This document shows positions 47,935-56,235 of a DNA stretch of 64,000 nt, in pieces; position 1 is the stretch's first letter; each line of letters starts with the position of its first letter. The position numbers were made by a program, and so were the translations under genes. This DNA is from Candidatus Fervidifonticultor secundus (GTDB lineage Bacteria; Sysuimicrobiota; Sysuimicrobiia; Sysuimicrobiales; Humicultoraceae): the NCBI GenBank assembly GCA_031459385.1, contig JAVKIP010000014.1:1-64000 (forward strand). Direction: 5' to 3'. The notes below the pieces were generated by a model. It saw nothing but the letters and a program-made list of their open reading frames with translations, did not search any database and was not told the origin of the DNA.

Positions 47935-48696
47935 TCAGGGCTTGCTCCCGCGCTCGCCCGGGAGCCTGGGTGCCTCCGGCGGGACCTTCCGGTCGTCCAG
48001 GTCGTAGAGCAGCCGGTTCTCGACGCGCACCACGCCGTCCGCCAGCGCCGCCCACTTCCCGGCCAGCTCCTTCTCCGACCACCGCTCCACGCGGCCGTCC
48101 AGCGCCACCACGCCCTGGTGCGCGGTGACCTGGATCCGGGAGATGTCGATCCACAGGTCGTGGAGCAGCGCTTCCCGGATGGCCGCGGCGAGTTCCTCGT
48201 CGGAGCGGGTGAACGCCTTGAGGACGTCGTTGCGACTCACAATCCCCACCACCCGGCCGTCCCGCACCACGGGGACCCGGTTGATGCCGTGGCGGGTCAT
48301 CAGGGCGGCGATCTCGTGGACCGGGGCGTCCTCGGCTACGGTGACGACAGGCGACGTCATCAACTCCGAGGCGCGTACGGCCTCGGCCTTGCGCGCGCGG
48401 TCGGCCGCGGCGGCGATGCCGGGGAAGGGGAGCAGGCGCTGGACGAGCCCGGGCGGCTCCTCGGGGCGCGGCGCGAGCTCCTTGTAGAGCAGATCGCCTT
48501 CGGTGACGATGCCGAGCAGCTCGCCGGCGGCCGAGACGATGGGCACGCCGCTGATGCGCCGCGCCGTCATCAGTTCCACCAGCTCGCGAATCGTCGCATC
48601 GGGCGGGGCGGTGATCACGGGAGCCGTCATGATGTCCCGGGCCCGCAGCTGCATCAGGCGGCGGCCCGTGCGGGGTGGTTCTGCCGATGTGCTCAT
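47935..48696 (-). CDS. CBS-pair + BON domain protein
   Basis: ISGVPIV..GIVTEGDLL, INRVPVV; GVVALDGRV..GVVRVENRL BON. Confidence 0.92.
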   Translation of the reverse strand: MSTSAEPPRTGRRLMQLRARDIMTAPVITAPPDATIRELVELMTARRISGVPIVSAAGELLGIVTEGDLLYKELAPRPEEPPGLVQRLLPFPGIAAAADRARKAEAVRASELMTSPVVTVAEDAPVHEIAALMTRHGINRVPVVRDGRVVGIVSRNDVLKAFTRSDEELAAAIREALLHDLWIDISRIQVTAHQGVVALDGRVERWSEKELAGKWAALADGVVRVENRLLYDLDDRKVPPEAPRLPGERGSKP

Positions 48697-48711
48697 GGGG
48701 TGCCTCCTCCC

Positions 48712-49464
48712 TCAGTCGTGCAGTCCGGCGCGCCGCATCAGGCGCGCGAACTGGCGCCGCCGGCGCCAGCGGCGAATGCGTTCCAAGGGGTTCCACCCGG
48801 CCGGGCGGTCCTCCAGACGCCGCCCTGCCGTGCGCCGGACGCGACGCGGGGGCACGAGGCGGAAGAGCCGAAAGCGACCGCCCGTCGCGTACCACCACGC
48901 GGCACCGCACCCGGCCAGCGCGAAGACTCCCAGCGGGAACGGCACCGAGAAGAACGCCAGCACGGCGGCCAGCGCGCCGAGCCACCGCGCCTGCACCGGG
49001 ACGACGAAGTAGACCAGGAGCCGCTCGGAAGGGTTGACGGCGGCCCACGCCACGACCGCGGCAGCCAGCACCAGCCACGGCCCCGCGAGCGTGGCCGTCC
49101 GCCCGGTCGCGAGACTGCCCGTCCACAGAGCCGCTGCCGGCACCGCGGTCACCACGACCAGGAAGACGAGGAAGTCGCGTCGCCCCCACGCGCGCTCGAG
49201 GCTGCCGCCGAACGCCCAGAGCATGTACCCCCCGAGCAGCAGCCAGATGACCCCGCCGGTGCCCAGCAGGGGATAGGTGAGGAATGTCCACGGCGCCTGG
49301 AGCGCCCGGGGCGCGAAGAAGGCCAGCGGGGGCAGCACGGCCAGGCCGCCGACAAATTCCAGCAGGAACGTTGCCGCGTTAGCCCCGATCAGCGTCCAGG
49401 TCACCGGGCAGTCACCGGGCAGCGCCGGTGGCCGCCGGGGCAGGGCGAATCCAGCCCGCGCCAT
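48712..49464 (-). CDS. Rhomboid-like membrane protein (no clear catalytic motif)
   Basis: VTWTLIGAN, PWTFLTYPL, FGGSLERAWG, VPVQARWL. Confidence 0.7.
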   Translation of the reverse strand: MARAGFALPRRPPALPGDCPVTWTLIGANAATFLLEFVGGLAVLPPLAFFAPRALQAPWTFLTYPLLGTGGVIWLLLGGYMLWAFGGSLERAWGRRDFLVFLVVVTAVPAAALWTGSLATGRTATLAGPWLVLAAAVVAWAAVNPSERLLVYFVVPVQARWLGALAAVLAFFSVPFPLGVFALAGCGAAWWYATGGRFRLFRLVPPRRVRRTAGRRLEDRPAGWNPLERIRRWRRRRQFARLMRRAGLHD

Positions 49465-49472
49465 GCCGTCGG

Positions 49473-52199
49473 CTAGCGCCGCCGGGCGCCCAGCGGCACG
49501 GCTGGCTCCGGGCGCGCGATCCGCACGCGCACATCCACGATGGTGGCGCCCCGCTCGTGCACGATGACGGGGTTGCAGTCGAGCTCCGCCACGGCAGGCA
49601 GGTCCTCCGCCAGCGCACCGAGCCGGAGGAGCACATCCTCCAGCGCGGCGACATCCGCCGGCGGCTGTCCCCGGAACCCGGTGAGCAGCCGGTAGGTCTT
49701 GAGGCCCTCGAGCATCTCGCGGGTGTCCTCGCGGCTGAGCGGTGCCAGGCGGATGGCGACGTCGCCCATCAGTTCCACCAGCACGCCGCCCGCGCCGCAG
49801 GCGACCACCGGGCCGAACTGCGGGTCGTGCACCACCCCGGCGATCATCTCGACGCCGGGGGCGGCCATCTTCTGGACGACGAACCCGGTGGGCGCCGCGC
49901 CGGCCGCCTGCAGCCGGGCCGTGATCTCGACCGCGGCGCGGGCCACCGCCTCCCGGCCCTCCAGGTTCAGGCGGACCGCGCCCACCTCGGTGCGGTGCAC
50001 GACGCCTGGCACGATGGCCTTCAGGGCCACGGACCCGCCGAACTCCTCGGCCGCCAGCGCCGCGGCGTCTGCGGTGGGCACGATGCGCTGCTCGACCATG
50101 CGCAGGCCGTAGCATTCCAGCAGCGCCTGCACGTCACCGGGCTCCAGCCACCCCTCGCCGCGCGCCAGCGCCGCGTCCACGAGCGTGGCGGCGTCGTCGC
50201 GGCGCAGGCCCTCGAAGCGCACCGGCGCCGGCAACGGCCGGGCCCGCCACTGGCCGTAGCGGGCGACCCGCGCCAGGGCGATCGCGGCCGCCTCGGGGAA
50301 CAGGTACGAGGGCACGCGCACGTCCGAGGCCCGGAGCACCTCGGGGGTGCCCCGGGAGGACATGAAGACCGACAGCACGGGCTTGGTCCCACCTAGCTCC
50401 CGGACGGCGTCGACGATGGCTGCGGCCACCTCGTCGGCGCGGGTCACCAGCGGCGGGATGAAGATAACCACCAGCGCGTCGATGCCGGGATCCCGGCCCA
50501 CCACGCGGATCGCCTGGCGGTAGTGTTCCGCTGTCGCCGAGGCGATCATGTCCACGGGGTTGCTCACCGCCGCCTCGCCGGGCAGGAAGGCGCGCAGCGC
50601 CCGCCGGGTCTCTTCCGACAGCACCGGCACCTCCAGCCCCTCGGCCTCGCACGTGTCGGCGCACAGGATGCCCGGACCGCCCGAGTTGGTGATGATGCCC
50701 ACGCGGGGACCCGCCGGCACCGGCTGGTGCGCCAGCAGCGCGGCCACGTCGAACATCTCCTCGAGGGTGTCGGTGCGGATGACGCCCGCCTGTCGGAACA
50801 GGGCGTCCACGGTGATGTCGGAGGCCGCCAGCAGCGCGCCGGTGTGCGACGAAGTGGCGCGGACCCCGGCACGGGTGCGGCCGCTCTTGACCGCCACGAT
50901 CGGCTTGCGCCGCCCCACGCGCCGCGCGATGCGCGAGAACTTCCGGGGGTTGCCGAACGACTCCAGGTAGAGCAGGATCACGTCGGTGCGCGGGTCCTGC
51001 TCCCAGTAGGCCAGCAGGTCGTTGCCGGAGATATCGGCCTTGTTGCCCACCGAGACGAACGTGGAGACGCCCAGTCCCAGCATCCGCGCGTAGTCCAGGA
51101 TCGCCAGGCCCAGGGCGCCGCTCTGGGACATGAAGCCGATGCGGCCTTCCGGCGGTTCGACCGGCGCGAACGTGGCGTTGAGCCGCACCGTGGGGTCGGT
51201 GTTGATGATGCCCATGCAGTTGGGACCGATGAGGCGCATCCCGGCCGCGCGGCAGACGCGGAGCAGGTCGGCCTGGCGCGCGCGGCCCGCCTCGCCCACC
51301 TCGGCGAAGCCGGCCGAGATCACCACCAGCGCGCGCACGCCCTTGCGGGCGCAGGCCTGCGCGGTCTCGACCACGTGTTCGGCGGGCACCACGACGACCG
51401 CCAGGTCCACCGGACCCGGGATGGCTTCGACGGTGGGGTAGGCCACCACCGACTGCACCACGTCGGCGCGGGGGTTCACGGGGTAGACGGGGCCGGCGAA
51501 CCCGTACGCCAGCAGGTTGTGGAACAACTCCCCGCCGATACTCCCCCGCTGCCGGGAAGCACCGACCACTGCGACCGCCCGAGGGGAGAAGAACGTTCGC
51601 AGCGCGCTGGCCGCGGCGATCATCTCGCGCTCGTCGAACCGGGCCAGCGCTTCCGGGGTGAGCGCCGTGGGGAACCGCTCGTGCACCTCGCCGGCCTGGA
51701 CCTGCACTTCGGTGGGGAACCCCGCGTTGCGGAAGACTTCCAGCATCCTGAGGTTGGTGGGCAGGACCTCCGCCTCGAAGAGGCGGATGCCGCACTCGGC
51801 GGCGTGCTCGGCCAGGTGGCCGAGCATCAGCGTACCCAGGCCCCGCCCCTGGTAGTCGTCGGCGACCGCGAAGGCTACCTCCGCGCGGTCACCGTCCAGC
51901 GTGGCGTACATGGCGTGTCCGATGATGCGTTCGGGCGTGCCCACCGTGGCCACGATGCCGTAGCGCCGCCGGTAGTCCACGGCGACCATCTTGTTGACCA
52001 GCGGCCCCAGCGCCTCGTCGCTGGTCCGGGTGAAGAATCGCAGGGCCCGGGCCTGCTCGGAGAGCGCACGGAAGAAGGTCAGCAACGCCGCTTCGTCTGT
52101 GCGCCGGACCGGGCGGAGGTGTACGGTGGAGCCGTCGCGGAGGACGACATCGCCCTCACGGTGCCCGGGGTACTGGCCCTCGTCGACCTGCCGTGCCAT
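49473..52199 (-). CDS. GNAT + ADP-forming acyl-CoA synthetase fusion (Pat-like)
   Basis: YQGRGLG GNAT motif A; GPNCMG, SQSGALG, GNKAD, SSHTGAL, NPVD; C-terminal ATP-grasp DPQFGP, ELDCNP. Confidence 0.92.
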   Translation of the reverse strand: MARQVDEGQYPGHREGDVVLRDGSTVHLRPVRRTDEAALLTFFRALSEQARALRFFTRTSDEALGPLVNKMVAVDYRRRYGIVATVGTPERIIGHAMYATLDGDRAEVAFAVADDYQGRGLGTLMLGHLAEHAAECGIRLFEAEVLPTNLRMLEVFRNAGFPTEVQVQAGEVHERFPTALTPEALARFDEREMIAAASALRTFFSPRAVAVVGASRQRGSIGGELFHNLLAYGFAGPVYPVNPRADVVQSVVAYPTVEAIPGPVDLAVVVVPAEHVVETAQACARKGVRALVVISAGFAEVGEAGRARQADLLRVCRAAGMRLIGPNCMGIINTDPTVRLNATFAPVEPPEGRIGFMSQSGALGLAILDYARMLGLGVSTFVSVGNKADISGNDLLAYWEQDPRTDVILLYLESFGNPRKFSRIARRVGRRKPIVAVKSGRTRAGVRATSSHTGALLAASDITVDALFRQAGVIRTDTLEEMFDVAALLAHQPVPAGPRVGIITNSGGPGILCADTCEAEGLEVPVLSEETRRALRAFLPGEAAVSNPVDMIASATAEHYRQAIRVVGRDPGIDALVVIFIPPLVTRADEVAAAIVDAVRELGGTKPVLSVFMSSRGTPEVLRASDVRVPSYLFPEAAAIALARVARYGQWRARPLPAPVRFEGLRRDDAATLVDAALARGEGWLEPGDVQALLECYGLRMVEQRIVPTADAAALAAEEFGGSVALKAIVPGVVHRTEVGAVRLNLEGREAVARAAVEITARLQAAGAAPTGFVVQKMAAPGVEMIAGVVHDPQFGPVVACGAGGVLVELMGDVAIRLAPLSREDTREMLEGLKTYRLLTGFRGQPPADVAALEDVLLRLGALAEDLPAVAELDCNPVIVHERGATIVDVRVRIARPEPAVPLGARRR

Positions 52200-52233
52200 G
52201 GAGCGCCTCCGGGACCTGCGCCGTCTGCGCCCT

Positions 52234-52332
52234 ATTGTGCCCGATGTGCGCGTCCGACGCCATCCGCCCCGGGGTGGAGGAGACGGGTCCGGCGGTGGCC
52301 CGATGCCGGCCGCCTCACCCGCGGGCTAGAAT
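52234..52332. promoter_or_regulatory. Divergent promoters with two boxes
   Basis: Degenerate box 52262-52279 is 22 nt from CACAAT (minus); GTCCGGCGGTGGCCCGAT 52287-52304 is 22 nt from TAGAAT. Confidence 0.7.
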
Positions 52333-52389
52333 CAAGGTAGACCGGATTGAACGCATGGGACTCACGGTGGCGCACGGAGGAGGGGTGCC

Positions 52390-53496
52390 ATGGTGGTAGA
52401 GGCGGCGCAGGTGATGCGGCCCACGGACCTCGACGACCTGCTGGCCATGGATCGGGACGACGTCCTGTCCGTGGCGCTGAACACCGATCCCGCTCGGCCG
52501 GAGAATCAGGCCGCGCATCCTGCCTACCAGATCTGGCTGACCAACGCCCTGCGCGACCTGCTGGCGGAGCTGCCGGCCCGCCGGCGCAGACAGGCCCGCC
52601 CGACGGTGGAGCGCGTGACGCACTACGTGGCGACATGGAAGCCCGCAGGCCGCGGGATAGCGCTCTTCGCCGCCCGGGGCCTGTGGCGCACGCTGACGCT
52701 CCAGGTTCCGCTGCCCCATCGCGTGCGGTACGGGCAGCCCGACGTGACCGCGGTCCTGGAGGCGCTCGACGAGCACCGGCCGTACGCGATCCTGGCGGTC
52801 GACCACCGGCGGGCCCGGCTGGCGCTGGGCTATCTCGGGAACGCGACCCTGCTGGCGGAGGAGAAGTTGGACCTGCACACCGAGTACTGGCGCCGGACCA
52901 CCGGCCGGCGTCCCACCGCCGCACGCCGGCTCGGCGAGGGCGCCGGGCGTGGCAACCAGCACGACGAGTTCGACGCGCGGCTGGAGGCGCACTACCGTGC
53001 CTTCTGGGAGCACGTCGCGCATGAGGCTGAGCGCGCCATGGCCGCGCGCGGCCTCGACCGCCTGGTGATCGGCGGGCCGGCGGAGGCTGCCAGCGCCGTG
53101 GCGCGCCTGCTGCCCCCGGATCGCCGGCGCACCGTGGTCGCCACCGTGCCGCTGCCGCTGTACCGCGGGCTGCCGGAGATGCTGCGCCGCACCCTGCAGG
53201 TGGCGGTGGAGGCCGAGCGGCGCCGGGACCGCGCGCTGGTGGCCGACGCGCTGGAGGCCGCGGGTAGCCAGCGCGCCGTGCTGGGGTGGCCCGCCGTGCA
53301 CGAGGCACTGCGGGTAGGGCAGGTGCACGCGCTGGTGGTGGACCGCACCGTGCTGGCCCGCCACCCGGAGCTCCCCCGGAGCGCGCGCGCGGCCGGCGCG
53401 CGCCTGGAGCTGGTAGACGCCGACGCTGCGGCGCCACTGCACGCCCACGGCGGGATCGCCGCCCTGCTCAGGCATCCGACGTCGCGGGGCGGGTGA
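52390..53496 (+). CDS. Bacterial aeRF1/eRF1-like (baeRF/VLRF1) protein
   Basis: VLSVALNTDP, GIALFA, LAVDHRRARL, RLVIGGP, GQVHALVV, GGIAALLR. Confidence 0.78.
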   Translation: MVVEAAQVMRPTDLDDLLAMDRDDVLSVALNTDPARPENQAAHPAYQIWLTNALRDLLAELPARRRRQARPTVERVTHYVATWKPAGRGIALFAARGLWRTLTLQVPLPHRVRYGQPDVTAVLEALDEHRPYAILAVDHRRARLALGYLGNATLLAEEKLDLHTEYWRRTTGRRPTAARRLGEGAGRGNQHDEFDARLEAHYRAFWEHVAHEAERAMAARGLDRLVIGGPAEAASAVARLLPPDRRRTVVATVPLPLYRGLPEMLRRTLQVAVEAERRRDRALVADALEAAGSQRAVLGWPAVHEALRVGQVHALVVDRTVLARHPELPRSARAAGARLELVDADAAAPLHAHGGIAALLRHPTSRGG

Positions 53497-54835
53497 GCGG
53501 CGGCCATTGCACCGCCCACGCGGCCAGCAGGTCGGCCAGCGCACGGGTGGTCGCGTCGTCCAGGTCGTAGGTAACGCGCACGGCGGGCTTGTCCAGCACG
53601 AGCACGCGCCGCAGGTCCACCGGCGTGCCGATCACGACGGCGTCGGCGGGCACCCGCCGCAGCGTCTCCTCCAGGTCGCGGCGCTGGGCGTCGCCGTACC
53701 CCAGGGCCGGCACGACGCGCGCCAGGTGCGGGTAGGCAGCATATGCCGCCTGCAGGCTCCCCACCGCGTAGGGCCGGGGGTCCACCACCCGGGCGCCCAG
53801 ACGCTCGGCCGCGATGAGACCCGCGCCGTAGGCCATCTCGCCGTGAGTTGTGGTCGGGCCGTCTTCCACCACCACGACGTTCCGTCCGGCCACCAGGTCG
53901 GGGCGGTCCACGGCGATGGGTGAGGCGGCTTCCATCACCACCGCCCGCGGGTTGGCGGCCGCCACGGCACGCCGGAGTGTGGCCACGGCGCCCGGGGGGG
54001 CCGAGTCCACCTTATTGATGACCACCACGTCCGCCATGCGCAGATTGGTCTCGCCCGGGTGGTAGCGCAGCTCGTGGCCGGCGCGGTGGGGGTCGGCGAC
54101 CACGATGTGACGGTCGGGCCAGAAAAAGGGGAAGTCGTTGTTGCCGCCGTCCCACACCAGGACGTCGGCTTCTGCCTGGGCGCGCTGCAGGACCTCGGCG
54201 TAGTCCACCCCGGCGTAGACCACGATGCCGCGGGCTATGTGCGGCTCGTACTCCTCGCGCTCCTCGACGGTGAGTCCCGCGGCGTCCAGGTCGTCGGGTG
54301 TGGCGAACCGCTGTACGGCCTGTGCCGCCAGGTCCCCGTAGGCCATGGGGTGCCGCACCACGACCACGCGCCGGCCCTGCGCCTGCAGCAGGCGCGCCAC
54401 CACCCGTGCGGTCTGGCTCTTGCCGCTGCCCGTGCGGACCGCGCCCACCGACACGACCGGCACGCGGGCTCGTAGCATGGTTTCCTTCGGGCCCAGCAGG
54501 CGGAACCCCGCACCGGCCGCCAGCGCCCGTGACGCCAGATGCATCACGTGCTCGTGGGAGACGTCGCTGTAGGCGAAGACCACCTGGTCCACCTGCGCGT
54601 CGCGCACGAGGTCGTCGAGGGCCTCTTCCGACACGATGGGGATGCCCTCGGGATACTCCTCCCCCGCCAGGACGGGTGGGTAGCGGCGGTCTGCGATGTT
54701 GGGGATCTGGGCTGCCGTGAACGCCACCACGCGGTAGCCGGGCCGCCCGCGGAAGTACACGTTGAAGTTGTGGAAGTCGCGCCCGCCCGCGCCCAGGATG
54801 ACCACGCGGATCGGGAGCGACGACGTCTGCGCCAC
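53468..54835 (-). CDS. COG2403 P-loop enzyme (cDPGS-annotated; arginine synthetase ArcE-like)
   Basis: GAGGRDFHNFN, RTGSGKSQ, RHPM.YG, EEREEYEPH, WDGGNND, EDGPT.THG; start approximate. Confidence 0.8.
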   Translation of the reverse strand: MAQTSSLPIRVVILGAGGRDFHNFNVYFRGRPGYRVVAFTAAQIPNIADRRYPPVLAGEEYPEGIPIVSEEALDDLVRDAQVDQVVFAYSDVSHEHVMHLASRALAAGAGFRLLGPKETMLRARVPVVSVGAVRTGSGKSQTARVVARLLQAQGRRVVVVRHPMAYGDLAAQAVQRFATPDDLDAAGLTVEEREEYEPHIARGIVVYAGVDYAEVLQRAQAEADVLVWDGGNNDFPFFWPDRHIVVADPHRAGHELRYHPGETNLRMADVVVINKVDSAPPGAVATLRRAVAAANPRAVVMEAASPIAVDRPDLVAGRNVVVVEDGPTTTHGEMAYGAGLIAAERLGARVVDPRPYAVGSLQAAYAAYPHLARVVPALGYGDAQRRDLEETLRRVPADAVVIGTPVDLRRVLVLDKPAVRVTYDLDDATTRALADLLAAWAVQWPPLTRPATSDA

Positions 54836-55028
54836 CTGCTCGCCGGACGGCACGCCCCTCACCCCCGTTGCCCGCAGAGTTCGGGGTGCCAGGGACGGCC
54901 TCCTGGAACGCTGCCGCGGCGGCCGATGTCGCCTGCGCCCGGCCGGCTCGTGGCTGCCATCCGGAGCAGGTGCTACCATGGCGGTACCGGCGTATTGCCC
55001 GCAGGGCGGGCACTCCAGGGGGAGGCAG

Positions 55029-56099
55029 ATGCTCACCGCTGCTGACGTGATGACGACGCGGCCGGTGGTCGTTGCCGTGTCGACGACCGTGGCCGAGGCC
55101 ATCCGGCTCATGCACGAGCGGGGGATCTCCAGCGTGCTGGTCGCGCCCGCGGTTGGGGCCGCTGACCACGGCATCGTGACCATGCGGGACGTGGTCACGA
55201 AGATCGTCACGGAAGGGTTCGACCCGGATACCCTGACCGTCGGCGATATCATGACGTGGCGCCTGGTCACGGCCCGGCCCGCATGGCCGCTCCGCCGGAT
55301 CGCGGAGGTCATGGCGCAGGCCCGGGTCCGCCGCCTGCCGGTGGTGGACGGGGGCGCATTGGTCGGCGTGGTGAGCGACACCGACCTGTTCACCGCACTG
55401 GTGCCGCGCCACGACTGGGAGCACGTGCGGCGGGTGCGCAAGGAACGGGCCCGCCACCGGACCCGCCGCTCCGACCCCGCCAGGACGGTAGGCGACATCA
55501 TGTCGGCGCCGGTGCTCACCATCGACCGCGAGGCCACCGTGGCGGCCGCCGTGCGCAAGATGGTGGCGGCCGGCATCAGCAGCCTGCTGGTGACTGACGT
55601 GCCCGGCGGCGGCATTCTCACCAAGCGCGACGTCGTCCTCAAGGTGGTGGCCGCCGGCGGCGACCCGGAGCGGATCACCGTGGGTACCCTGATGTCCGCG
55701 CCGGTCCGCGCTGTGGAGGTCGAGACCACCATCGAGGAATGCTCGCGGCGGATGGGCGACCTGCGCGTGCGCCGTTTCCCCGTCACCCGGGCCGGGGAGA
55801 CCGCGGGCATCGTCAGCGACTCCGACATCCTGGCAGCCGTCGCCGGCGCCCGGTGGATGGGCCGCCGGCGGGGGCCCACGGCCGCCATCGCCGCCGACGT
55901 GATGCGCCCGTCGGCGGCCGTCCCGCTCTCCGCTGGCGCGGAGGCGCTGAGCCCGGAGCTCTCGATCTGGGAGTGTGCGGCGCGGCTGGCCCGCGCCGGC
56001 GCCCGCGAACTGCCCGTGGTCCAGCAGGGACGGGTCATCGGTGTCGTCGGCGAAGCCGACATCGTCCGGGCTCTGGCGGAGCGTGGCGGACCTGACTGA
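55029..56099 (+). CDS. Multi-CBS domain protein (about 5 CBS motifs)
   Basis: Repeated ISSxLV..GIxT.RD and VRRxPV..GxVSD.D units; GGAGG RBS. Confidence 0.9.
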   Translation: MLTAADVMTTRPVVVAVSTTVAEAIRLMHERGISSVLVAPAVGAADHGIVTMRDVVTKIVTEGFDPDTLTVGDIMTWRLVTARPAWPLRRIAEVMAQARVRRLPVVDGGALVGVVSDTDLFTALVPRHDWEHVRRVRKERARHRTRRSDPARTVGDIMSAPVLTIDREATVAAAVRKMVAAGISSLLVTDVPGGGILTKRDVVLKVVAAGGDPERITVGTLMSAPVRAVEVETTIEECSRRMGDLRVRRFPVTRAGETAGIVSDSDILAAVAGARWMGRRRGPTAAIAADVMRPSAAVPLSAGAEALSPELSIWECAARLARAGARELPVVQQGRVIGVVGEADIVRALAERGGPD

Positions 56100-56235
56100 C
56101 GGGGCAAGATCGTCGACGCGCCCTACGCCTCTTGCCGGGAGATGATCCGCCGAAGCGGTCCCGGGGTCCGTTCAAGGGCCCACACCGGCGCGCGCGGCGG
56201 GCGGGCGTCCGTCGGCGTGCGTCCGCCGCCCGCAG

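Noticed and set aside
54920..54979. Box for the multi-CBS/COG2403 divergon
   Set aside because: Extended -10 TACCAT is present, but GGCCGAT ending at 54927 is at the wrong distance
54836..56107. Apparent 879-aa ORF giving the COG2403 enzyme a long N-terminal extension
   Set aside because: The extension is mostly the antisense of the multi-CBS gene; family homology begins near 54835
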